From Terriglobia bacterium (GTDB lineage: Bacteria; Acidobacteriota; Terriglobia; 20CM-2-55-15), in the NCBI GenBank assembly GCA_965198225.1, contig CBDAOY010000007.1, positions 672,001 through 736,000 on the forward strand: DNA of 64,000 nt, in the 5' to 3' direction. The stretch's first letter is position 1. The number at the start of each line of letters is the position of its first letter. Below are positions 1-10,379 of this stretch, piece by piece. A program made the translations under genes and the position numbers. The notes beneath the pieces are model-generated. The model did no database searches. It saw nothing but the letters and a program-made list of their open reading frames with translations, and had not been told where the DNA came from.

Positions 1-1
1 G

Positions 2-1267
2 GAAGCCGGCCGCCCGGACATCTGTATACCGAACGCGGTCGAGGTCTTCGCGGAAGGCTTCGCGGTTGACGGGACGAAATACGAGACGCCCGGGCGACTG
101 ATAGTGATCGGCGCCGGCAAGGCAGGGGCGGGGATGGCCTGCGTCATCGAGGAGGCTTTCGGCGACCGGATCTCTGCCGGCCTCGTGATCACGAAGTATG
201 GTCATGGCCTACCCACCGAATACATCCAGGTTTTCGAGGCGGGTCACCCGATCCCGGATCAATCCGGCGAGCTAGCGGTTGAAGGCATGCGGGAGATCCT
301 CCGGGACCTGGACCCGCAGGATGTGGTCCTCTGCCTGATCTCCGGCGGCGGCTCCGCGCTCTTGCCCGCACCCGCCGAAGGCATCACGCTCCGGGAGAAG
401 CAGGAAGTGACGACGCTGTTGCTGCGCGCGGGTGCGACGATACGGGAGCTCAATGCGGTGCGGAAGCACCTGTCGGCGATCAAGGGTGGGCAGTTGCTAC
501 GGTTGGCCACGCCGGCCCGGGTCGTTGCGCTGATCATGTCGGACGTCATCGGCGATCCGCTGGATTTTATCGCGTCCGGTCCAACCGCCCCCGACACCAC
601 CACCTTCGCGGACGCCCTCTACATCGTCCGAAAATACGGGATCGAGATTCCTCCCGCCGTACTTGCACGGCTTGAAGGAGGCGCCAGGGGCGACATCGCA
701 GAGACCCCTAAACGGGGCGACCCGCTCTTCGAGCGTGCGAGCAACCACATCATCGCCAACAACCGGCTCCTTGTTGAAGCGGCTGCCACGAAGGCAAGCG
801 ATCTCGGGTTTCAGACACTCGTGCTGGCCTCGGAGCTCGAAGGGGAGGCACGTGACGTGGCCCGCTTCTTCGCTTCGATCGCGCGCGAGATCGGCTCCAG
901 CGGCAACCCGCTATCTCCCCCGGCCTGCATCCTTGCCGCGGGCGAGACGACTGTGACCGTACGTGGTCACGGCCTGGGCGGGCGCAATCAAGAAATGGCT
1001 CTGGCGTGGGCGATGAAGATGCAGTCCTGGCCCCGGCCGGTATGTTTCGCGAGCGTGGCCTCCGATGGTACCGACGGGCCAACGAATGCGGCCGGCGGCC
1101 TGGTCGATCCGTTTACCTGTTCCCGCGCCATCGAAATGAACCTCGATCCCGCCCAGTACCTTCGGGCGAACGACTCTTTCAAATTCCTCCAATCTGTCCG
1201 CGACCTGATCACAACGGGCCCCACGCAGACAAACCTGATGGACCTGCAGATCCTGCTCGCCGGGTAA
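2..1267 (+). CDS. Glycerate 2-kinase / hydroxypyruvate reductase (MOFRL/TtuD family), 5'-partial
   Basis: Motifs GAGKA, EAGHPIPD, LISGGGSAL, SDVIGD, GGRNQE, TDG, TGPTQTN. Frame is open to the window start. Confidence 0.9.
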   Translation, partial: EAGRPDICIPNAVEVFAEGFAVDGTKYETPGRLIVIGAGKAGAGMACVIEEAFGDRISAGLVITKYGHGLPTEYIQVFEAGHPIPDQSGELAVEGMREILRDLDPQDVVLCLISGGGSALLPAPAEGITLREKQEVTTLLLRAGATIRELNAVRKHLSAIKGGQLLRLATPARVVALIMSDVIGDPLDFIASGPTAPDTTTFADALYIVRKYGIEIPPAVLARLEGGARGDIAETPKRGDPLFERASNHIIANNRLLVEAAATKASDLGFQTLVLASELEGEARDVARFFASIAREIGSSGNPLSPPACILAAGETTVTVRGHGLGGRNQEMALAWAMKMQSWPRPVCFASVASDGTDGPTNAAGGLVDPFTCSRAIEMNLDPAQYLRANDSFKFLQSVRDLITTGPTQTNLMDLQILLAG

Positions 1268-1349
1268 TCCGATTAACCACGGAGGCGCGGAGGAGGGATG
1301 TCGAGACGGTCGTCGGTCTTCAACTCTTCTGTTCCCGAACATCCGTTCA

Positions 1350-1424
1350 GCGGAACGTATCGCGAGCGAGCCACTGTGAGGGGGACAGGGCTAGCCCTGT
1401 CCCCGGGTGTTTGGTAAGCAGAAA
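1350..1424 (+). repeat. REP-like family A copy, palindromic core GGGGACAGGGCTAGCCCTGTCCCC (1381-1404)
   Basis: Perfect 24-bp palindrome. The same core and flanks recur near 8772, 30142, 30264 and 63370. Confidence 0.85.
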
Positions 1425-1446
1425 AGTTGAGAAATGCGGAAGTAGC

Positions 1447-2016
1447 CTACCCCGGTGGGGGAGGTTGGCGGCGACGTTGAGCGTTCGGGTTGCGGGATCG
1501 TTCGATCAGGTTCCGGATGCGCTGCTCGAGGTTGGGCTGGACTATGCGCAAACGGGCACGCTGTGCCGGCGTCAGTTCGGGATCGACCTCGCGGAGAAGC
1601 CGTTCCTGCACGGCCCGGAGCTCCGCGTCGACCGCGTCGACTTCCCGAATCCGCTCGAGGATGTCGTCATCTGAGGCGCCGTTTCTCAGAGCCTGTCGCA
1701 TCGCGCTCAACGCCCGCGTCCGCTGACGTCCGAGTTCCGTCCGCTTCTGTAGTGACTCCCGCAGCGCCGGAAGCACTTTCGCGAACTGATTGTCGTCCAG
1801 TTGCAGTTCCTGCTGAAAGCGGCTGACGTAGAAACCTTCCACGACATCCTGGATCGGAGCGAGGTTGTTTCTCGGAATTCGATTCGGGTTCCGCTGCGGG
1901 TTTCTCTGTTCACGCACGGCTTTGCCGATGTTTCGGGGACCCTGCTGCGCCGGCGCGGAGACGCCGGTTCCGCCGGTCAGCAGAAGTAGCAGTAACAGTG
2001 ACGCGGCCTTCCTCAT
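1447..2016 (-). CDS. Secreted helical protein (Spy/CpxP / periplasmic sensor-like), third gene of the ECF operon
   Basis: Signal peptide; LQLDDNQ and LTPAQRA motifs resemble LTxxQ; overlaps the anti-sigma stop codon. Confidence 0.6.
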   Translation of the reverse strand: MRKAASLLLLLLLTGGTGVSAPAQQGPRNIGKAVREQRNPQRNPNRIPRNNLAPIQDVVEGFYVSRFQQELQLDDNQFAKVLPALRESLQKRTELGRQRTRALSAMRQALRNGASDDDILERIREVDAVDAELRAVQERLLREVDPELTPAQRARLRIVQPNLEQRIRNLIERSRNPNAQRRRQPPPPG

Positions 2017-2627
2017 CGCATGCCGTCCTCGTCGAGGTCGAGCTCCCCATCCTCAACCGAAGCGAGCAACTCGCGCAGCAAATCCGTTTCGTCGGTTTCC
2101 AATTCGCTCAGTGTGCTGAAAATCTCCGTCTGGGACCACGCCAGCACTTCCGCTTCGAGCAGTTCGGTCTCCTCGGCGGAGAATAAGTCCTCCCCGATCG
2201 CATCAGCTACGGTGTCGACAATACCGAGGGCCGGCTCGACGGTTGTGATGAAACGCGTGGCCTCTTCCGGCGAGTGTTGGGTCTGGTAGTGCCAGAAGGT
2301 AGCACTCAACGCACCGACCACGACAACAATCAGAGCAAGACTCCAGGCTGCGGCCGGCCTCAACGCCCATCCCGTCAACCGGCGGAATCTCGACGACCGT
2401 TCCACCGCGCGAGACAGCAATCCGTCGCGTACCGAGGAGCGGAACTCGGTCCAGTCGATGCTCGGAGTGTCGTCGTGTATGCCGGAGATGTGCTGATGCA
2501 GTTCCGAGATCGAAGCGAGTGTGGAACGGCACTGGCTGCAACCGGCCAGGTGCCTGGCGCGCTCGGCTGTGAGTTCCGAACCTTCCATCAGGTTGGTGAA
2601 CTCTTCGGCTTTGAGATGGCTGAACAT
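2013..2627 (-). CDS. Zinc-binding membrane anti-sigma factor
   Basis: HLAGCSQC (HxxxCxxC), one TM helix, directly downstream of the ECF sigma gene. Confidence 0.8.
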   Translation of the reverse strand: MFSHLKAEEFTNLMEGSELTAERARHLAGCSQCRSTLASISELHQHISGIHDDTPSIDWTEFRSSVRDGLLSRAVERSSRFRRLTGWALRPAAAWSLALIVVVVGALSATFWHYQTQHSPEEATRFITTVEPALGIVDTVADAIGEDLFSAEETELLEAEVLAWSQTEIFSTLSELETDETDLLRELLASVEDGELDLDEDGMR

Positions 2628-2635
2628 AACGACCC

Positions 2636-3286
2636 TTACATTGCGCGGTCGGCCGGTACTTGCTGCCGAACCATCTTCTTCAGCTTGTTCAACGCGAAGA
2701 AAACGCTCGACTTGATCGTCGATACCGACCGGTCCAGTATACCCGCGATCTCCTCGTAGCTGAGGTTCTCGTTCATCCTGAGCTCCAGGATCGCTTTCTG
2801 CCTGGGCGGCAGGTTTTTCATCAGGCTGCGGACGATCTCGCGGCGCTCGTCTTCCAGTATGCGACGGTGTACCGACGGCTCCACTTTGCCGGTCGATTCA
2901 GTCACTTCAACGAAATCCCGACGGTTCTTCTTGACGTGGTTTAAGCAGTGATTGACCGTGACGCGGTACAGCCAGGTCTTGAATCTGGCTTCTCCCCGAA
3001 AGCTGGGAAGGTGCTCGAAGGCCTTGATGAACACTTCCTGGCTCAGATCGAGAGCGTCGTCCTGGTTTGGAACAAACCGGTAACACAAGCGATAGACCTG
3101 CCGCTCGTACCGGATCATCAGTTCGTCGAAAGCGAGCGTGTCACCGGCAAGATATCGTTCTACGAGCCCTCGATCCGCGTCCTGGTCCTTCGTGGCGGCG
3201 GGCATCATCGTCGTGATCGTCTCATCCATGTTGTTAGCCCCGAACTTGTTGATAAACAATCGGTTCCACCGATTGCCAGCATCCAA
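2636..3286 (-). CDS. ECF RNA polymerase sigma factor (start may be the ATG at 3229)
   Basis: Region 2 DALDLSQEVFIKAF...FKTWLYR; region 4 LSYEEIAGIL...STIKS. Confidence 0.92.
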   Translation of the reverse strand: MDAGNRWNRLFINKFGANNMDETITTMMPAATKDQDADRGLVERYLAGDTLAFDELMIRYERQVYRLCYRFVPNQDDALDLSQEVFIKAFEHLPSFRGEARFKTWLYRVTVNHCLNHVKKNRRDFVEVTESTGKVEPSVHRRILEDERREIVRSLMKNLPPRQKAILELRMNENLSYEEIAGILDRSVSTIKSSVFFALNKLKKMVRQQVPADRAM

Positions 3287-3394
3287 GGGAATCCCTCACA
3301 TAAAGTTGGACCATCCCGGGGCTGTGCAGTTTAAAAGGTCCTCCGATTAAATGTAGAATGGAGGACTCGACGTCCCACGCTGGAAACTCCAGAT

Positions 3395-5131
3395 ATGAAG
3401 ACTTTATCCCGACTCTTCGCGTACCTGCAACGATATCGCACAAGGATGCTGCTGGGCCTGGGTTGCGTGTTGATGACGACGGGTTTCTACCTGGCCACGC
3501 CGTGGGTGATGAAATATGCCGTCGACTCTCTGAACGAGACCGTTACTCAGGACAAGCTTCTGTTCTACGCCGGGCTGATTGTGGCTTTGACCGTGTTGCA
3601 AGGGGTATTCCGGTTCCTGATGCGCTGGCTCATGATCGGCGTTTCGCGGCGGATCGAATACCACCTGCGCGAGGATGTCTTCGAACACTTGGAGCGCTTG
3701 CCTCTGTCGTTCTTCCAGGCAAACCGAACCGGCGACCTGATGTCCCGTGCCACGAACGACTTGACCAGCGTGCGCATGCTGTTGGGTCCGGGGATCATGT
3801 ACTCGGCGAACACGATCCTGATCACGACCTTCTCGATCATCCTGATGATCAGCATCGACTGGAAACTGACGATCGTCGCGCTGATTCCGCTCCCGTTCGT
3901 TTCTATCGGGGTCCGACAGTTCGGGCGCCGGATCCACCGTTTGAGCGAGGAGTCTCAGAGCCGTCTGGCCGGGCTGAGCGCGCGGGTTCAGGAAAGCCTC
4001 TCGGGGATCCGTGTCGTCAAGGTCTTTGTCCAGGAGGAGCACGAAAAGGAGGAATTCGACCGCCTGAACCGCCACCTCAAAGACAAGAACATGGATCTGA
4101 TTCGTGTGACCAGCCTGTTCTTTCCGACCATGCAGTTCACGATCGGTTTCGCCACGGTGATCGTGCTGTGGTTTGGCGGCCGGCAGGTCATTCAGGGCGC
4201 CATTTCCATGGGGGATTTCGTGGCCTTCACGGTGTACCTGGGGATGCTGGCTTTTCCGATGATCGCGATGGGCTGGGTCGTCAACCTCCTCGAGCGCGGA
4301 CGTGCGTCGATGAAGCGTCTCAACTACATCCTCGACGCCGAACCCGATATCGTGGACGGGCCGGAATCCCTCGACCTCGACGTTCAGGGCGAGATCGAGT
4401 TTCGCGATTTGAATTTCGCCTACAACGGCGTACCGGTTTTGCGGGATGTATCGCTCCGCATACCTCAGGGGAAGACCCTGGCGGTGGTTGGTGCTACGGG
4501 CTCGGGTAAGTCCACGCTGGCGCAGTTGATCCCCCGGCTCTATAACGCGCCGCCCGGCACGCTGTTTATCGATGGAGTGCCGATCGAGCGGATCCGACTC
4601 GGACGGCTGCGCAGAGCGATCGGGTTCATACCACAGGACACCTTCCTCTTCGGAGAGACCGTCTTCGAGAACATCGCTTTCGGCGTCGACACCGCATCTC
4701 AAGAAGAAGTTGAGGAGGCGGCACATATATCGAACATATACCAAGACATCGATGGCTTTCCTATGGGATTCGAGACCATGGTGGGCGAGAGGGGGATCAC
4801 CCTGTCGGGAGGGCAGAAACAGCGCACCGCGATCTCTCGCGCTCTCGTCCGGAACCCGAGGATTCTGATCCTGGACGACTCGCTTTCAAGTGTGGACACC
4901 CACACCGAGGAGCAGATTCTCGGCGAACTGAGACAGGTCATGCGCGACCGGACATCGATCCTCATCAGCCATCGGGTCTCGACCGTGAAAGATGCCGACG
5001 AGATCGTAGTCCTCGAGGACGGGCGAATCGTCGAGCGTGGCACCCACGACGAGCTTTTGCGGCTGGCGGGACGTTACGCCGACCTGCACCAGCGCCAGTT
5101 GCTGGAAGACGAACTGGCCGTCAGCGATTAA
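3395..5131 (+). CDS. Heterodimeric ABC exporter subunit with degenerate Walker B
   Basis: TM domain plus NBD: GATGSGKST, LSGGQ, ILILDD (Asp replaces the catalytic Glu). Confidence 0.92.
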   Translation: MKTLSRLFAYLQRYRTRMLLGLGCVLMTTGFYLATPWVMKYAVDSLNETVTQDKLLFYAGLIVALTVLQGVFRFLMRWLMIGVSRRIEYHLREDVFEHLERLPLSFFQANRTGDLMSRATNDLTSVRMLLGPGIMYSANTILITTFSIILMISIDWKLTIVALIPLPFVSIGVRQFGRRIHRLSEESQSRLAGLSARVQESLSGIRVVKVFVQEEHEKEEFDRLNRHLKDKNMDLIRVTSLFFPTMQFTIGFATVIVLWFGGRQVIQGAISMGDFVAFTVYLGMLAFPMIAMGWVVNLLERGRASMKRLNYILDAEPDIVDGPESLDLDVQGEIEFRDLNFAYNGVPVLRDVSLRIPQGKTLAVVGATGSGKSTLAQLIPRLYNAPPGTLFIDGVPIERIRLGRLRRAIGFIPQDTFLFGETVFENIAFGVDTASQEEVEEAAHISNIYQDIDGFPMGFETMVGERGITLSGGQKQRTAISRALVRNPRILILDDSLSSVDTHTEEQILGELRQVMRDRTSILISHRVSTVKDADEIVVLEDGRIVERGTHDELLRLAGRYADLHQRQLLEDELAVSD

Positions 5132-5245
5132 CGCGAACAGAGCGCGGCGGAGGCGCCGCGTAGGCTAGGAACGCGAGGCGTGTCTGGTTAGATACCGATC
5201 GCCGAGCCCGGGTGACGACGGATCCGCGGATGCATCCGTCGCGCG

Positions 5246-7039
5246 ATGCGATTGCGAATGCATGAAGAAGAGACCTTAGGCAAAGCATACGATTCGCGGT
5301 TGATGCGGAGATTGCTCGTCTACCTCCTGCCGTACCGGAAGTTCGTGCTGGCAGCCTTCATGCTGATCATGTTCGAGGCGCTGATCGAGATCAGTTTTCC
5401 GTGGCTCACCATGGTCGCCGTCGACAGGTACATTCTGGTCGGCGACATGTCTGGGCTGTTGCTGATCGCCTCTGTCTATGTCTCGCTGCTCGTCATCAAG
5501 TTCGGAGTGGGGTTCCTGCAGACGCTTACGTTGCAGAGCACCGGCCAGAAGATCATGTTCGACATGAGAAAGCAGATCTTCGGGCACATCCAGACCCTTT
5601 CGAACGCCTTCTTCGACAAGAACCCTGTTGGCCGCCTCATCACGCGGGTCACGACAGACGTGGATGTCCTCAACGAAATGTTCTCGGCGGGCATCGTTTC
5701 GGTCTTCGGAGATATATTTACGCTGACCGGGATCATGATCGCGCTGCTCGTGCTGGATTGGAGACTCGCTCTGATCGTTCTTGCGATCGTGCCCGTGATC
5801 GGCCTTGCCACCGCCGTCTTCCGCAGGAGGGCCCGAGACGGATACCGACGTGTCCGCATCGCCATAGCCAAGATCAACGCTTTTCTGCAGGAGCACATTA
5901 CGGGGATGAGCGTCGTCCAGCTCTACAACCGCGAACAGAAGAGCGCAGCGAAGTTCGAGCGCATCAACCGGGAGCACCTTCAGGCGAACCTGGACTCCAT
6001 CATGGCGTACGCGGTGTTCTTCCCCGTCGTCGAGCTGCTCAGCGCGAGCGCAATCGCGTTGATCATCTGGTACGGAGGGGGACAAGTGATCACGGGGCTG
6101 TTGACGCTGGGAACTCTGATTGCCTTCATTCAGTACTCGCAGCGCTTCTTCCGTCCGATCGCCGACCTGGCGGAAAAGTACAACATACTCCAATCCGCGA
6201 TGGCGAGTTCGGAGAGGATTTTCTCGTTGCTCGACACCCGGCCTGGCGTCGTATCTCCTCGGCAGACCAAAGCGATCGCCGCACCCAGGGGGGAGATCGA
6301 GTTTCGCAACGTCTGGTTCGCCTATAACCCGGACGACTGGGTGCTCCGGGACGTTTCGTTCAGGGTCGGGCGTGGCCATTCCGTCGCGATCGTGGGCCAC
6401 ACAGGCGCAGGTAAGACAACGATCACCAACCTGTTGACCCGTTTCTACGACATCCAGAAAGGCGAGATCATTCTCGACGGGATCAACATCGCCGGAATGG
6501 ATCTGTCGGAACTGCGCGGGCGGTTTGCGGTGGTCCTGCAGGACGTGTTCATGTTCTCGGGCACCCTGCGCTCGAACATCCGTCTTGGCTCCGACATCGA
6601 TGACGACAAGATTCTCCGCGCAGCCGAGGATGTGAACCTGGGCCCCTACCTGCGATCAGTCGAACTGGGTCTCGATCATCCCGTCAACGAGCGGGGAACG
6701 ACTCTTTCGGTCGGACAGCGACAGCTTCTGGCGTTTGCCCGTGCGCTCGCTCACGACCCCGAGATTCTCATACTCGATGAAGCCACCTCCAGCGTCGACA
6801 CCGAAACCGAGATCCGGATTAGAAGGGCGATCGATCGCCTGATGCAAGGCCGAACCTCGATCATCATCGCTCACCGGTTATCGACCATCCAGCGGTGCGA
6901 CAAGATCATTGTCATGCACAAGGGCAGGATCCGCGAGGTGGGTTCTCACCAGGAATTGCTCGCCGAGCGCGGCTTCTACTACAAGCTGTACCAGCTCCAG
7001 TACAAGGAACAGGAACTGGAAGCTGTCCGGGGAGACTGA
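5246..7039 (+). CDS. Heterodimeric ABC exporter partner subunit
   Basis: GHTGAGKTT, degenerate signature LSVGQ, canonical LILDEATS. TM287/288-like pair with the previous gene. Confidence 0.92.
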   Translation: MRLRMHEEETLGKAYDSRLMRRLLVYLLPYRKFVLAAFMLIMFEALIEISFPWLTMVAVDRYILVGDMSGLLLIASVYVSLLVIKFGVGFLQTLTLQSTGQKIMFDMRKQIFGHIQTLSNAFFDKNPVGRLITRVTTDVDVLNEMFSAGIVSVFGDIFTLTGIMIALLVLDWRLALIVLAIVPVIGLATAVFRRRARDGYRRVRIAIAKINAFLQEHITGMSVVQLYNREQKSAAKFERINREHLQANLDSIMAYAVFFPVVELLSASAIALIIWYGGGQVITGLLTLGTLIAFIQYSQRFFRPIADLAEKYNILQSAMASSERIFSLLDTRPGVVSPRQTKAIAAPRGEIEFRNVWFAYNPDDWVLRDVSFRVGRGHSVAIVGHTGAGKTTITNLLTRFYDIQKGEIILDGINIAGMDLSELRGRFAVVLQDVFMFSGTLRSNIRLGSDIDDDKILRAAEDVNLGPYLRSVELGLDHPVNERGTTLSVGQRQLLAFARALAHDPEILILDEATSSVDTETEIRIRRAIDRLMQGRTSIIIAHRLSTIQRCDKIIVMHKGRIREVGSHQELLAERGFYYKLYQLQYKEQELEAVRGD

Positions 7040-7050
7040 GGGGAATCATT

Positions 7051-7129
7051 AACCACGGAGGCACAGAGACACGGAGGAGACCAGTTCTGTTGAATTCATC
7101 AAGCTCCGTGTCTCCGCGCCTCCGTGGTT
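7051..7129. repeat. Inverted pair of short-period repeats (AACCACGGAGGCACAGAGACACGGAG)
   Basis: Arms at 7051-7076 and 7104-7129; related half copy at about 1275-1292. Confidence 0.75.
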
Positions 7130-7137
7130 GATTTCTT

Positions 7138-7842
7138 ATGATTTCTTTAGAAAACAAAGTGGCGGTGGTGACCGGGGCGGGGCGGGGGATCGGTCGGGCG
7201 ATAGCGATCGAGCTCGCAGATTGTGGGATACGCGTCGCGCTGGCCGCACGGACGCGAACGGAACTGGAAGAGACTGCCTCATCGATCAGGGGTGCGGCGG
7301 TGATCCCGACCGACATCCGGAAACGGGGCGATGTCGAGCAGCTGCTGGATCGCGCCGCCGAGAGACTGGGCCCGGTGGACATCCTGGTCAATTCGGCCGG
7401 CATCGGCATTTTCGGTCCACTGAGGGAATCTGCTGATGAAGACTATGACGTGCTGCTGGATACGAATTTAAGAGGGATCTTTTTCGCCTGTCGTTACGTA
7501 CTACCCGGTATGATTGGGCGAAAACGAGGTCATATCATCAACATCGCATCGATAGCCGGGAAGGTAGGTTCGGCGAACCGGGCGCTCTACTGCGCTTCGA
7601 AGTTCGGTGTCGTGGGATTCTCCCAGGCCCTGGCGGAGGAGGTGAGGGAGGACGGAATCCGTGTTTCGGTCATCTGTCCCGGATCGACCAACACCGTCTT
7701 CTCCCCCGAGAACAAGGAAGGGAAGTCACGCGAGCGGATGCTGCAGCCAGCCGACGTCGCCGGCGCCGTGCGGATGATCGTGGCTTCCGAACCCAACAGC
7801 TTTATCAGCGAGGTCGTGATGCGACCGACCAGGAAGCCATGA
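7138..7842 (+). CDS. Short-chain dehydrogenase/reductase (SDR)
   Basis: TGAGRGIG, NSAG and YCASK (YxxxK). Confidence 0.93.
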   Translation: MISLENKVAVVTGAGRGIGRAIAIELADCGIRVALAARTRTELEETASSIRGAAVIPTDIRKRGDVEQLLDRAAERLGPVDILVNSAGIGIFGPLRESADEDYDVLLDTNLRGIFFACRYVLPGMIGRKRGHIINIASIAGKVGSANRALYCASKFGVVGFSQALAEEVREDGIRVSVICPGSTNTVFSPENKEGKSRERMLQPADVAGAVRMIVASEPNSFISEVVMRPTRKP

Positions 7843-8711
7843 AAGAAACAAATACACTTGTCACCTTGGGTGTTCTGTTGTTGCCGGCCCTCATTTTGGC
7901 CGGGTGCGACGAACTCCTCGATGGGCCCGCCGAGTTTGTCACGTTCGAACAATCCCAGCCCCTGGCCGATTTCGAAACCCTCGAGGTGGACCTCGAGTTC
8001 GACGTCGGGACCCTGGAGATCGGGAAGGCCTCCAGCGACGACCTCTATTCCATCGAACTGGAATACGATCGACTGCATTTCGATCCGGATGTGGACTTCG
8101 ATGACAGTGGTACCCGCGCCACATTGAATTTCGACCTGGATGCAACGGGTGGGGCCATCCTGGGCGATCGGATGAGAAACGATCTCGTCGTCTTGTTCAA
8201 CGAGGACGTGGCGATCGACCTGGAAATCTCGACCGGAGTCAGCGAGGCGGCGCTGGATCTGACCGACCTGAAAATCCGAAGTATGGAGCTGGACGGCGGC
8301 GTCGGCCGGAGTGAGATCTTCTTCGACGAAGTGAACGGCGAAGAGATGCGCCTGATGGACATCAACAGCGGCGTCGGTGACTTGACGATTCGTGGTCTCG
8401 GCAACGCGCGCGTGAACGAGTTCCAACTCGACGGGGGGGTCGGGCGAACTGAACTGGACTTCACGGGGGAATGGGAGGACTGGTCGACCGACGCCGAAAT
8501 CAACGTCGGTGTCGGTCAGGTGAAGCTCCTCATCCCGAGAGAGGTAGCGGTCGAGATTGAGGCGGATGGCAGCTTCCTCTCCAGCATCAGTGCCCCGGAC
8601 TTCGAGCGCTCGGGAAACCGTTACACGCGCAACATGAACAGCGGCGAGCCCAGAAAGATCATGATTCGGATCGAGTCCGGCGTCGGCGGTGTAACCGTCG
8701 AACTGATGTAG
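7839..8711 (+). CDS. Lipoprotein with beta-strand repeats (toast-rack/DUF4097/LiaF-like)
   Basis: Lipobox LILAGC; repeated GVG motifs; acidic and beta-rich. Confidence 0.65.
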   Translation: MKETNTLVTLGVLLLPALILAGCDELLDGPAEFVTFEQSQPLADFETLEVDLEFDVGTLEIGKASSDDLYSIELEYDRLHFDPDVDFDDSGTRATLNFDLDATGGAILGDRMRNDLVVLFNEDVAIDLEISTGVSEAALDLTDLKIRSMELDGGVGRSEIFFDEVNGEEMRLMDINSGVGDLTIRGLGNARVNEFQLDGGVGRTELDFTGEWEDWSTDAEINVGVGQVKLLIPREVAVEIEADGSFLSSISAPDFERSGNRYTRNMNSGEPRKIMIRIESGVGGVTVELM

Positions 8712-8750
8712 TGGTTCTTCTTTCCGGGTTAACGAATCGCGATCCCTGAC

Positions 8751-8830
8751 TTCTCTGCTTAGCAAACACCCGGGGCCAGGGCCAGGCCCCTGTCCCCCTC
8801 ACATGGCGGCTCTCTCGGAACCTTCCGCTC
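8751..8830 (-). repeat. REP-like family A copy (degenerate)
   Basis: GGGGCCAGGGCCAGGCCCCTGTCCCCCTCAC with the same flanks as the other copies. Confidence 0.75.
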
Positions 8831-8922
8831 AACGAAGGATTTCTTTATCCAATTTTTTTCGAGTTTGAGTAATCATGGGGGTGGGTTCGCTTGTCGAAAG
8901 GGATGATGGAGGACTCTAGTTC

Positions 8923-10332
8923 GTGATCGTAAACCGGTTCGTCTTCGTCTGCTCGCTCTGTCTCATGAGCTGGGCCGCGCTGCTGTGGGGGAATTCTCTG
9001 GGTCCGCCGGCGGACCGGTCCGGAGTGTCTGGCGTGACATGCAGCACGTCGGGTTGCCACAACGATTTTCCCGCGAACGTCGGTGGAGGCAGTGTCTCGA
9101 TCACCGGACTGCCTACGGAGTGGACCCCCGGTGTGACCTACCCGATGCAGGTGTCGGTCTCCCATTCCGGCGCCAGCCTGTACGGGTTCCAGATGACAGC
9201 CGTGGATTCCAACGGAGCACAGGCAGGCGGATTCGTCATGGGTACTGGGACGGAGGTTCAGCCCGGCTTGGCCGGCGGGAACACGCTCCAACACATGCAG
9301 CACTCCTTCGCCTCGACGAACAGCACGTTCTCTTTCAGCTGGACCGCCCCGGCAACCTCATCGACCGGTGCGGTGAAGTTCAACGCGGCAGCCAACGCCG
9401 CCGACGGGAGCTTCAGCCGGTTCGGGGACTTCATCTATTCCACGGACACCACCGTTTCCCCTCAGACGACCGGCAATGGAACCCCGCAGACGACGTTCTA
9501 CTTTCCGCAGATTGCTGACGGCACACTCGCGGGTGGGTTCTTCAAGACGACCATATTTGTCGACAATCCAGCTTCCTCCGGTTCGGCCAACGTAACCATT
9601 ACGTTCACGACTTCGGCCGGAAACCCGTTCAACATTTCTTTCGTGGATTCAGACAATCAACCGATCGGGTCCGGGAACGTGGTCACCGTGGCGGCCCTGG
9701 CCGGCGGCCAGAGCCGAAAGCTGATCTCGACCGCGGCGGTGCCCCTGGCGGTCGGATTTGCCACGGTTACCGCCGATGCGGAAATTGTTGCGAGCGCGGT
9801 GTTTTCCCAGTTCTCCGGTACTCCCGGCCAGGGTACGCTGCTAAGCGAGGCGGCGGTTATTTCCGCAGACACCGCGTTGAACCAGGCCATATTCGTCGAT
9901 GAAAGCGGGAATTTCAGGACTGCCCTCGCCTACGCCAACCCCTCAGCGACGGCGTCGGCGAACATCACCTTCAACCTCATGACGCTCAACACAGACACTG
10001 TGCCGGTATTGACGGTCGCCCGCTCGCTTCCCGCGAACAATCACACCTCGATTTTCGTCGATGAGCTGTTTGCAACGGATGGCCAAACAAATCCGCTGGC
10101 CGTCGGACACGTGGGGACGATGCAGGTCGTCAGCGACACCCCGCTGGCGCTCGTTTCCCTCAGGTTCGAGGGTTCTGTGTTCACGAGCGTTCCCCCCTTC
10201 AGCCTGGCGTCGCTCATCCCCGGACTTGAATCATGGACGCGACCGGTGGAAGCTTGGGTCCAGCAGCGCCCGTGGCTGTCGCCGCTGGCCTCGTTGGCCC
10301 GGCTGCTCGGAACACTGCGGATCGGCGGCTAG
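8923..10332 (+). CDS. Secreted protein: Reeler/choice-of-anchor-V-like domain with CxxxxCH, plus a beta-rich C-terminal domain
   Basis: Signal peptide; TCSTSGCH, YGFQMTA, FSWTAP, AANAADG...GDFIY; then a YFPQIADG-type domain. Confidence 0.7.
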   Translation: MIVNRFVFVCSLCLMSWAALLWGNSLGPPADRSGVSGVTCSTSGCHNDFPANVGGGSVSITGLPTEWTPGVTYPMQVSVSHSGASLYGFQMTAVDSNGAQAGGFVMGTGTEVQPGLAGGNTLQHMQHSFASTNSTFSFSWTAPATSSTGAVKFNAAANAADGSFSRFGDFIYSTDTTVSPQTTGNGTPQTTFYFPQIADGTLAGGFFKTTIFVDNPASSGSANVTITFTTSAGNPFNISFVDSDNQPIGSGNVVTVAALAGGQSRKLISTAAVPLAVGFATVTADAEIVASAVFSQFSGTPGQGTLLSEAAVISADTALNQAIFVDESGNFRTALAYANPSATASANITFNLMTLNTDTVPVLTVARSLPANNHTSIFVDELFATDGQTNPLAVGHVGTMQVVSDTPLALVSLRFEGSVFTSVPPFSLASLIPGLESWTRPVEAWVQQRPWLSPLASLARLLGTLRIGG

Positions 10333-10379
10333 CTATAGATCGGTTTGCTTGTCGATGGGATGATGGAGGCCTCCAGTTC

